Shown here: positions 8,087 through 15,466 of the stretch, piece by piece
Layout: every line of letters starts with the position of its first letter
Position numbering within the stretch: position 1 is the stretch's first letter
DNA from: a virus
Lineage: Duplodnaviria; Caudoviricetes
Virus record (IMG/VR): IMGVR_UViG_3300028866_000012
Coordinates: 1-39,956 of that record
DNA: 39,956 nucleotides
Direction: 5' to 3' (one strand)
Made by a program: the position numbers and the translations under genes
Notes under the pieces: model-generated
The model's database searches: none
What the model saw: the letters and a program-made list of their open reading frames with translations, nothing else
What the model was told of the DNA's origin: nothing

Positions 8087-9093
8087 TTGTGCGCAATCGG
8101 CGTTCCAAGCCCGGTGCATGGATCTGGACCGATGCGCGCAGCATAGACGCCGTTGCTGCCCGAAGTCACATCATTGAACCAGCTTTTGTTGCGGAAAAAC
8201 TCAGCACCCAGCAGGCCCGGCTTGTCGCTCAGCGCGGCGACCAGGCCGGCATAGAGCGGGGCCACGGCGGAGGTGCCGCCAAAGACCTGCTCCTGGCCGT
8301 CGAGCACGATGATGTAGCCAGTGTCGGGATCGGCGTTCGCTGCAACGTCCGGCACCATCCGGCCCAGACCCTTGGGGCCGACAGGCGCCCCGAGCTGCCA
8401 CGTCTGGCGCGGGAAGTAGACAGAATAGCCGCCGCCGGTTCCTTCGCCATTGGCGCGGCCTGGGTTGTTGTTCCACACCGCCTCAGAGCCGCCAACCGGG
8501 ATGCTGGTGCCGCCGCAGCCGATGATGTGCGGGCAGCAGGCCGGGCAGTCCACTGAGGGCTGGGAATTGCCATCGTCCGCGTCGTTGTCGCCGGCCGCGG
8601 CGAACACCGCCATGCCGACAGTACCGGCAACCATCGCGGTATCGTTCATGTCCTGGCACGCCGGCTTGCCCCAGCTTTCTTCGGGCGCGCCCCAGGAAAT
8701 CGAGCAGACCGAGCAGCCGTCGACGGACGCGCGATGCACCGCCTCGGCGATGTTCTGCGCCCAGTAGATGCGGATGTTGGCGGGGCGGCCCGTGGCGACA
8801 GCGAAAGCGCCGCCGGCTACCTGAATGTCGAGAGCAACTTCACCATCCGCGTCTCCGCCGGGGGTGTTCTTGGTGCCGTCCACCGAAACGTCCGTAATCG
8901 ACGGCGCGGGCAGGCCCATGGCGGCGAAAGCCGCCGTGACATCGGCCCGGTTCCAGCCGCCGCCCAGCTCAACGATCGCGATGGCGCCAGTGCCCGGCGC
9001 ATTGGCGGGCCAGCCATAGGCCGCGCAAAGCTTGGGTATGGACCAGGGGCTTGAAGGCGATGCGCGCTTTTTGATGTAGGTGTGGAATTTCAT
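8071..9093 (-). CDS. S53 (sedolisin/kumamolisin) serine-carboxyl peptidase, catalytic domain only
   Basis: GEVALDIQ (catalytic E, D), SISWG..E, AAAGDND (oxyanion D), GGTS, RMVPDVAANADP, GGTSAVAPL (catalytic S), and the Ca-site NDVTSGSN...GPDPCTGLGTP. Confidence 0.92.
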   Translation of the reverse strand: MKFHTYIKKRASPSSPWSIPKLCAAYGWPANAPGTGAIAIVELGGGWNRADVTAAFAAMGLPAPSITDVSVDGTKNTPGGDADGEVALDIQVAGGAFAVATGRPANIRIYWAQNIAEAVHRASVDGCSVCSISWGAPEESWGKPACQDMNDTAMVAGTVGMAVFAAAGDNDADDGNSQPSVDCPACCPHIIGCGGTSIPVGGSEAVWNNNPGRANGEGTGGGYSVYFPRQTWQLGAPVGPKGLGRMVPDVAANADPDTGYIIVLDGQEQVFGGTSAVAPLYAGLVAALSDKPGLLGAEFFRNKSWFNDVTSGSNGVYAARIGPDPCTGLGTPIAHKWQIP

Positions 9094-9105
9094 GGGTTCC
9101 CCGTC

Positions 9106-9183
9106 TTACCGAAAGATCGCCGCCGTGGCGGCCCCGAACAGAAACCAGACAAACAGGACAAGGCAGAGCTTGGTGCGATTCAC
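9106..9183 (-). CDS. Small hydrophobic peptide (25 aa)
   Basis: GTGA overlap with the upstream stop; encodes MNRTKLCLVLFVWFLFGAATAAIFR and fills the gap before the peptidase. Confidence 0.45.
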   Translation of the reverse strand: MNRTKLCLVLFVWFLFGAATAAIFR

Positions 9184-9437
9184 TTTATCCCCAGGCCATG
9201 CCCCAGCAGCCAGCCGCCGATGGTAGTGGCAATTGCGCCGAACAGGGCAGCAATCGCAGATAAACTTAGCGCCGAACGGAATGCCCGCTGTTTTTGTACG
9301 AATTCCCGGTGCTCCGTTATCCACGATTGGTTGTCTCTAAATTGCTTCAGTGATGTATCATTTTCTATATCAACGCCAAGGCGGAGGAGGGCTTCGCGTA
9401 TTTCTGTTCGTGTCTCCTGGCGCCCTGGTATCGGCAA
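9180..9437 (-). CDS. Small membrane protein with C-terminal TM (lysis region)
   Basis: Charged helical N-terminus followed by ALSLSAIAALFGAIATTIGGWLL. Confidence 0.65.
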   Translation of the reverse strand: MPIPGRQETRTEIREALLRLGVDIENDTSLKQFRDNQSWITEHREFVQKQRAFRSALSLSAIAALFGAIATTIGGWLLGHGLGIK

Positions 9438-9450
9438 TTAGAACTCTGGG

Positions 9451-9753
9451 TTACGGTGATTTTGCGGGTGGCGGCGCAAAGCGGCTTGCGTGCGCTCCGT
9501 TGCCCTGCGGCTCGGTCGATGGCGCGGCATCTTCACTGCCCGCCGGCTTGCCCATTTGCGCCAGTTGCTCTTTCAGCTTCGTGTTCTCAGTTGTCAGTTC
9601 CGTGATCTTATCACGCTGCATGTCGATCTGCCCCAGGGCAGAAGACAGGTTGGAAGCGAGAGAATTGGTAAACTGGAGCTGCGATGGGGTCTGGTCGGCG
9701 AAGGCTGGCGCCGAAAGCGCCAGCAGCGCGCCGAGGGCGATAACTTTCTTCAT
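9451..9753 (-). CDS. Secreted coiled-coil protein (100 aa)
   Basis: Signal peptide MKKVIALGALLALSAPAFA|D, heptads ITELTTENTKLKEQL, AAGGA RBS. Confidence 0.8.
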   Translation of the reverse strand: MKKVIALGALLALSAPAFADQTPSQLQFTNSLASNLSSALGQIDMQRDKITELTTENTKLKEQLAQMGKPAGSEDAAPSTEPQGNGAHASRFAPPPAKSP

Positions 9754-9861
9754 ACGGTTCGGTCCTTGTGGTGGGCGCCAGTAGCGCCCGGCGTTGGAGT
9801 TGATTTGCGGGCAGCCGGAATCCGCCGATCGATATAGTGAAAATCCGTCATGTCCACAACG

Positions 9862-10458
9862 TCACGGGTTCACGGCGGCGGTCGTCTGTGGGGCAAAAAT
9901 CGTCGCTATATCCGTAGAGGTAAACAGGCCGGATGACACCATTTCGGCCGAGACGGGGGCCAGCAACGATCCTTCGAGGTCGATCGGCCCGGCTACAAGG
10001 GCATTGTAATTCGTGTTGAACGTGGAATGCGTGCCCCTGTAGGTGTTGAGGGCGTTGGTTTGCGCAGTCGTGAGGCGGCTTCCCACAAGCGCCACGGGCA
10101 GGATGTCGGGTAGTTGCGTGCCAACCTGGGCGCGCGTTTGCAGCGCCGCAATTTGGTTCGCCGTCAGATTGAAGCTCTTGCCGTTTGGCAGGGACAGGTG
10201 CTCGCCCTGATATACATCGCCCGAGTGAATCACGATGGCGCTATTCCCATTGACCAGCGTGATGATCGGGTAGTTGAACTGGGTGATCTGCGCCGGGTCA
10301 CAACTCGGCTGGGGCGTGCATTGCACCGCTTGCCATGCGCTTGCACTGAGGGCCTGTGCCGTCGCGAGGCTGGGGAAGCTGGCATATCGCAGGCTGGCGT
10401 CCTGGGCAAGCCCCGGAACGGTCAGCAGGACCAGGATGATTAGGGCGCGAATTAGCAT
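9862..10458 (-). CDS. Secreted protein of unknown function
   Basis: Start re-chosen at ATG 10458, which overlaps the upstream stop region: MLIRALIILVLLTVPGLA|Q. One Cys pair (CTPQPSC). Confidence 0.75.
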   Translation of the reverse strand: MLIRALIILVLLTVPGLAQDASLRYASFPSLATAQALSASAWQAVQCTPQPSCDPAQITQFNYPIITLVNGNSAIVIHSGDVYQGEHLSLPNGKSFNLTANQIAALQTRAQVGTQLPDILPVALVGSRLTTAQTNALNTYRGTHSTFNTNYNALVAGPIDLEGSLLAPVSAEMVSSGLFTSTDIATIFAPQTTAAVNP

Positions 10459-11567
10459 GATGTCGCGGTGCCCCAGTAGGTGAATTGCTGATGGCACATG
10501 GAGGTCTGGTTGCCGGAAGTAAACCCGGTAGGCCACAACCCAGTTTCCGATAGGTATCCAACAAGAGCTTGACTATATGAGGCGGGATTGTCCCCAATGG
10601 CTATTTGAGTTCCAGTTGCTGCTGTATTAACGTTTATAGTAGTAACTGTCCCATCTACATTAAATGGGCTTGATGCACCATTCATAACACCAGAAACAGA
10701 ATGTAATACTCCGTCTGATACACCTGTTATATTGGTTCTCGTTCCACAGAAGCCATATACAGCGTTTGCTGTAGAATCCCATCCGAGATCGCAGTTTGAA
10801 CCTGCTAAAAATGTTGACATAGCGATATTGATAGCGGAAAAGTTCGCTTTTCTGTTCCCTACATACGAAAATGTAATAGGTTGGGCATGGGTTGATATTG
10901 TTCCCGATACAAGCTTTTGAGCGCCGTTGAAGTAGAAACAAGGCAAGGCAGAAGCGCACGACAATAATACCTGCGGCTGGCTGCCCGATGTGGCCTGTGT
11001 GATATGAATAGTATTCCCACTTTGATCATAAGCTTCAGTAGCAAATAGCGCCACCTGAAACGTCAGCGTCGTGGCCGTGCCGATAGTTCCGCAACTAGTT
11101 GTGGTGCCTGCTATGGAAATCGTCGCAGTTGTCGATCCGTTCGTCGCCGTCACTACGCAAGGTACAGTGATGCCAGTTCCCGTTACCGGATCATTCACGT
11201 GGATCGTAGCACTGGCACCCGAGCAAGTGGCGCTAGTGCCAGAAACGGTGCAACTTGCCGTGGCATCTGTCCCGGCGAAGCTCGAGGCCGTCGCAGTGTC
11301 CAGGTTGCCATTGCTCAGAATGACAATGTTGCTGGTGCTGTTGTCGCTCGCCCGCCGGATGTTGATGGCGTTGTTACTGCCGGTGGCGTAAGCCGCGTTG
11401 TATCCTCTGAGGCCGTACCAGGCGGTAGCACCAGATACCACGTCGCCTGGACCCTGATACCCCCCACCTCCAGAACAAACAGCCGGTTGGCAGCCCGCCC
11501 CGGTAGTTAGGAGTTGCGCCGACGCGGGGCACGTCAGCAGTAACAGCAGAGCGAGCCAGCGCAGCAT
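10452..11567 (-). CDS. Secreted ConA/LamG-like (arabinofuranosidase-B-like) lectin-fold protein
   Basis: MLRWLALLLLLTCPASA|Q; AWYGLR...INIRRASDN...GNLD and YDQSGN..HITQAT...QP; many Cys. Confidence 0.7.
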   Translation of the reverse strand: MLRWLALLLLLTCPASAQLLTTGAGCQPAVCSGGGGYQGPGDVVSGATAWYGLRGYNAAYATGSNNAINIRRASDNSTSNIVILSNGNLDTATASSFAGTDATASCTVSGTSATCSGASATIHVNDPVTGTGITVPCVVTATNGSTTATISIAGTTTSCGTIGTATTLTFQVALFATEAYDQSGNTIHITQATSGSQPQVLLSCASALPCFYFNGAQKLVSGTISTHAQPITFSYVGNRKANFSAINIAMSTFLAGSNCDLGWDSTANAVYGFCGTRTNITGVSDGVLHSVSGVMNGASSPFNVDGTVTTINVNTAATGTQIAIGDNPASYSQALVGYLSETGLWPTGFTSGNQTSMCHQQFTYWGTATSC

Positions 11568-11568
11568 G

Positions 11569-12585
11569 TCACGAACCCTTGTAGCCTGACGCATTGCAAT
11601 ACAGCGTCGTGGTCGCGGAACCAGCCTGGATATACAGCGCCGTGTTCGCCGTCATGTTGTTCACGCCGCCGATCGGCACGGGGAACGTGTGCGTAAAGCC
11701 GCCGCCCGTAGGCGCCGCAACGCCTTCCCATATGGTCGTCCCGCCCGATCCATTCTGAAACAAAACCGTCGTTAGCGTGGACCCTGAGTTGAAGCACGAG
11801 ACTGCGGTTATGTAGAGGTAGAGGTTCGCACCCGGCGCAGCCACGAGAGACGTTGACGATGTGCCGGTGACGGATACCGTGCCGCCGACAAAGTTCTCCT
11901 TGTTGGCATATGGGGAAACGATCAGCCGCCCCACGAGGTCAGATGCCAGCCCAACAGCCTGCCCGTTCGTTACCGCTGTCTGTTCCGCGTTCTGCGCCCT
12001 GCCGCCGTTGAGGATCGGATTGCCCGATACGCTCGCTCCGGACGCCGCAAGACCGCCGACATTGGCGAGAAGGTTCGCCGCTGTGCTCTGAACCACAGTG
12101 GCGTTGAGGTTCCCCGCCGTTGCCTGCGACACCTGAACCGGCGTCATGGAGGCAATACCCTGAACCGTCAGCACCCCGCTTGCCGCCGTTCCGGCGCTGC
12201 CACTTCCGGTTGCCAGCACCTTTAGGTTCTTGGAGCCGTCAACCTGCAACTGATCCCATGTCGTGCCGTTGAAGCCATAGAGCCATGCGTTCGTCTTGCC
12301 GTTCGTGCTCGACGTGGCAACGCCGGACGATGCGTTGCTAGCGGTTCCGCCAGCACATCCGACGACGCAGTTGACATCCAGATTACCGTTTACACCGTCA
12401 GTGCTCGCGCCCGTCAGGTTCCCGCCGAATACAAAGCCTGATGCCGTTCCCGCCGTTGGAAAACTCGCACCGAAATTCGATGATGTGCCGCCCGATGCGC
12501 CTGCTGGACTGCCCGGAACCGGCTGCGCATGAGCAACGCCACCCATGAACAGAAAGACCGTCAAAAGCCTGATAAGGCGGGTCAA
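11569..12585 (-). CDS. Secreted fibre-like protein, paralogue of 28026-29762
   Basis: TTGA coupling; MTRLIRLLTVFLFMGGVAHA|Q. Shares NLDVNC.VGC.GGT.SNA.SGVATSS.NG....W.YGFNGTTWDQLQVD.SK.LKV with 28026-29762. Ends in a ~100-aa beta-rich domain. Confidence 0.8.
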   Translation of the reverse strand: MTRLIRLLTVFLFMGGVAHAQPVPGSPAGASGGTSSNFGASFPTAGTASGFVFGGNLTGASTDGVNGNLDVNCVVGCAGGTASNASSGVATSSTNGKTNAWLYGFNGTTWDQLQVDGSKNLKVLATGSGSAGTAASGVLTVQGIASMTPVQVSQATAGNLNATVVQSTAANLLANVGGLAASGASVSGNPILNGGRAQNAEQTAVTNGQAVGLASDLVGRLIVSPYANKENFVGGTVSVTGTSSTSLVAAPGANLYLYITAVSCFNSGSTLTTVLFQNGSGGTTIWEGVAAPTGGGFTHTFPVPIGGVNNMTANTALYIQAGSATTTLYCNASGYKGS

Positions 12586-13244
12586 CCCATATACTCCACC
12601 GTGTAGGCGGACGTGGAAGACGTGCAGAAAATCGCGATGGATTCCGTGTGGCAGGTTGTCCCGTTCAGGTAATACGAACCGCCGTTGTTCGCTAACAGAA
12701 TACCCTGCGTTGCCGATGGCGCGGCACATCCGAATGGATCAAGGTTGTTGTTCTTGACGATAACTTCTGGCGGATTGACGTAACCGAAGCCAGGATCGTC
12801 AATGACAACGGATGAGACGGCGCCGCCGGAAAGAACGAAATGCGCCTTGGCGGGCCGGTTGTATTTGGTTGTTCCCGTCGTAAGTCCCTGCGTGGCTAAT
12901 CCCGATGGTGAATTAGCATCAGCAATGCCGCGCCCATCCCAAACCGAATTGACCACATAAGGCGCAAAACCGCCCTCAAACTGAATTGTTGGCGCCATGG
13001 TGTAACCAAATCCGGCGTTTAGCACCGTCACGGCCGTCACTGCGCCGCCTGATATCGTGGCAACGGCACGAGGGGGGCCATGATCAAGAAACATGTTCGA
13101 CGCGGAGATGTTCATCACCAGAAGCATCGCCCTGGTTCTCGCCACGGGCAGAACCAACTGCGGCGTGCTGCCCGTCGTGATCGTGCCGTCCGCGCGTCGG
13201 GATGGGTGATAATCCCCTTGGTGGCGAGTGTTCGGAAGATACAT
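12582..13244 (-). CDS. Putative virion structural protein with G.GY..(A/P)P repeats
   Basis: VTVLNAGFGYTMAPTI and VVIDDPGFGYVNPPEV are inserted in a small beta-rich domain. No signal peptide. Confidence 0.65.
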   Translation of the reverse strand: MYLPNTRHQGDYHPSRRADGTITTGSTPQLVLPVARTRAMLLVMNISASNMFLDHGPPRAVATISGGAVTAVTVLNAGFGYTMAPTIQFEGGFAPYVVNSVWDGRGIADANSPSGLATQGLTTGTTKYNRPAKAHFVLSGGAVSSVVIDDPGFGYVNPPEVIVKNNNLDPFGCAAPSATQGILLANNGGSYYLNGTTCHTESIAIFCTSSTSAYTVEYMG

Positions 13245-13250
13245 GCGATC

Positions 13251-14879
13251 CTACTGCGTAATTGTGCCGACAGTGTTCGAGCCGACGTTGAGCACGGTGT
13301 TGGTGCTACCGGAATAATTGTTCAGCGCCACGATCCAGCCGCCCGTGCTGGCGCCGAGCAGGTTGATGCCGTTGCCCAGCCCGTAAAACACATTGCCGGT
13401 AACCACGCACGTATACCCGGTCGCATTGACGTTGATGCCGAAGCTGCCGGAGACCGACATGCCGGAAAAGTTGTTTCCGATGATGGACACTTGGCCATAG
13501 ATCGCGTTCAGCGCCAGACCGATCTGGTTTGCCGCCACGAAAATCAGGTTGCTGCTCATCAACAGACTGGCCAGCGCCCCGTTCAGGATGATGCGCTCTC
13601 CAGACCCGGCAAACTGGCTGCCGGTAATGGTGAGCTGCACGCAACCGACAGCGCCGGTCGGGATGAGGATGTCCGTCGTGCCGTTGGTGAAATTACACTG
13701 AGAGACCGTGACGCCCTGGACGTAGGTTCCATAAATCAGGCCCTCCGCCAGATTGAACCATGAGCAGGAATTGAAATTGTGGATCAGGCTGTATTTGAAG
13801 CCGCCCGAAGCGACACCCTGTAGCGACACGCCGATGCCAGACAGCCCTGCGGTCGGGCCGTAAAAAACACAGGACGTATGGGTGAAATTGCCCCACCCGG
13901 TCACCGAAAGCGATGTGTTCCAGTAGTCAGTGAGCGCGCCGCCATCGGCGCCGCGGAAAGTCACGTTGATAACGTCGTTCTGGCCAAAGTCACCGCCCTG
14001 CACGCTGTTGGTGAGGGAAATCCCGACAGTGCTGCCGCCGGCCGCGCTGGTCGAGCAGGTGAAGTTGCGCAAATGCACGGTATGCAAGGGGCTGCTGGCG
14101 GAAAATGACAACCCGCTTCCTGACGGGAAGCTGAGTGTCGTTACGTCCTGACTTTCGCCATTTATAGCAACGCTGAATGGTGTCGTTGCAGGGTAAGTAT
14201 AGGACGGAGAAGAAAGGAAGGTGTAAACGCCCTTGGGGAAGAAAATAACCCCGCCATTTGTGGTGAGCGATGCCAGGGCCGCGACATAGGCTGAGGTGCA
14301 GTCCGCGACCGAGGGATTGCCGCCGAACCAGCGGATGTTTTTCTGAGCGCCCGACGCCTCGCGATACCAGCGGCGAGAGGACGCATCCACAATGATCGTG
14401 CCGCCGTTGTCAGCCGATGATGTGTCGGCTGCATTGTTCCAGAAGATGCCCTCGCCGCCATCCGCTCCGACGAAGTAGCCGTCGACGAACACCACCGTTC
14501 CGGTCAGGGTGGTTGTCGTCTGCGCCCGCAGCGAGGCAATGTTGGTGACGGAGCTGATGACCCCGCTGAGCGAGCCGCCCGACAGCACATAGCCTGGGAT
14601 CTGCCGCAGCCAGCAGCCAGCCACCACGCCGTAAGGGACGATTGTCGTGACCCCGCCATCGTCCGTCCCGGTGTTGGTCGACCAAACGAATGTGCCCTGC
14701 CCGCCATCGGACTGTGCGGTGAAGCCGATCATCTGCACGGTCTGGTTGGGCAGGCCAGTGAAAGTGCGGAGGTTGGCGAGATAGCACCCGCCCTGCATAA
14801 ACGTGTTCAGGCTGGCGGCAGGGATTACGCCTTGGCCGGGCGAGAACGTTTGCAGGTACGGGATAGACGTGCCACTCAT
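13251..14879 (-). CDS. Tailspike / depolymerase with right-handed beta-helix
   Basis: Two N-terminal DGG.G.F.W...D.GG...W.R modules; NIRWFG...DCTSA...GGVIFFPKGVY (pectate-lyase-3-like cap); I.GN.F beta-helix rungs. Confidence 0.8.
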   Translation of the reverse strand: MSGTSIPYLQTFSPGQGVIPAASLNTFMQGGCYLANLRTFTGLPNQTVQMIGFTAQSDGGQGTFVWSTNTGTDDGGVTTIVPYGVVAGCWLRQIPGYVLSGGSLSGVISSVTNIASLRAQTTTTLTGTVVFVDGYFVGADGGEGIFWNNAADTSSADNGGTIIVDASSRRWYREASGAQKNIRWFGGNPSVADCTSAYVAALASLTTNGGVIFFPKGVYTFLSSPSYTYPATTPFSVAINGESQDVTTLSFPSGSGLSFSASSPLHTVHLRNFTCSTSAAGGSTVGISLTNSVQGGDFGQNDVINVTFRGADGGALTDYWNTSLSVTGWGNFTHTSCVFYGPTAGLSGIGVSLQGVASGGFKYSLIHNFNSCSWFNLAEGLIYGTYVQGVTVSQCNFTNGTTDILIPTGAVGCVQLTITGSQFAGSGERIILNGALASLLMSSNLIFVAANQIGLALNAIYGQVSIIGNNFSGMSVSGSFGINVNATGYTCVVTGNVFYGLGNGINLLGASTGGWIVALNNYSGSTNTVLNVGSNTVGTITQ

Positions 14880-14886
14880 GGCAAAA

Positions 14887-15258
14887 CTACAAGCCCCCTC
14901 TTTGTCGCGTAATGACATCTAGCACGGTGAGGGGCAACACCGTGAGACATGTGTATGCCACGAGAACCCACCATCCGGGCGTTCCGTCCGCTTTCATTGC
15001 CAGCACGAAAGCGCCGATGACGGCCAGCAGCAGGATCAGGCGGGATGCCAGTATTGCGCCGATCGCGGCCAGTGTGCCGACAAAGGCTCGGTCAGCTATC
15101 GGTTCACGGGCGGCCTGGGCCGGTGGCGTGGCAGTCTCTGGCGCGCGAGAGGGGGCGAACCCGGCAAACTCAGCCGGCGCCGTTGGCTGCTGACGAACCA
15201 GCGGCACCACGCCCTCCCTTTCCACTGATGGCGCGGCGGCGGGCTGCTGCAAAGGCAT
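14887..15258 (-). CDS. Membrane protein, two to three TM segments
   Basis: AFVGTLAAIGAILASRLILLLAVIGAFVLAM and WWVLVAYTCLTVLPLTVL. ATG 15258 follows a GAAGAAG run; the start is uncertain. Confidence 0.6.
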   Translation of the reverse strand: MPLQQPAAAPSVEREGVVPLVRQQPTAPAEFAGFAPSRAPETATPPAQAAREPIADRAFVGTLAAIGAILASRLILLLAVIGAFVLAMKADGTPGWWVLVAYTCLTVLPLTVLDVITRQRGGL

Positions 15259-15466
15259 CTTCTTCTTCCTCTGGATTGACACGGTGTTTGGTTGCCACCC
15301 ACCGGACTCCGCTGTCAAACAGCCGCACCCGGTCGACAAACCCAACCCTGCCTGCGGCGTCGTCTTCCGGCGGCGCGCTGGCGGGATAGGCTTCTTCCAT
15401 CAGCCGCAGAAAGAATGTGTCGAGATGACCGGCGAGACTTTCTTCCGGACTGGATTTTGACTTCAC
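15170..15466 (-). CDS. Hypothetical protein (98 aa)
   Basis: GTGA coupling with the upstream gene; plausible charged helical sequence. Confidence 0.6.
   Translation of the reverse strand: MKSKSSPEESLAGHLDTFFLRLMEEAYPASAPPEDDAAGRVGFVDRVRLFDSGVRWVATKHRVNPEEEEDAFAAARRRAISGKGGRGAAGSSAANGAG

Noticed and set aside
9451-9753. Rz/i-spanin call for the coiled-coil protein
   Set aside because: It has a cleavable-looking AFA|D signal rather than a retained anchor, and no partner lipoprotein was found; left as unknown.
10540-10920. Diversity-generating retroelement variable region in a lectin-like C-terminus
   Set aside because: No reverse transcriptase and no near-identical template repeat differing at adenines was seen in the window.
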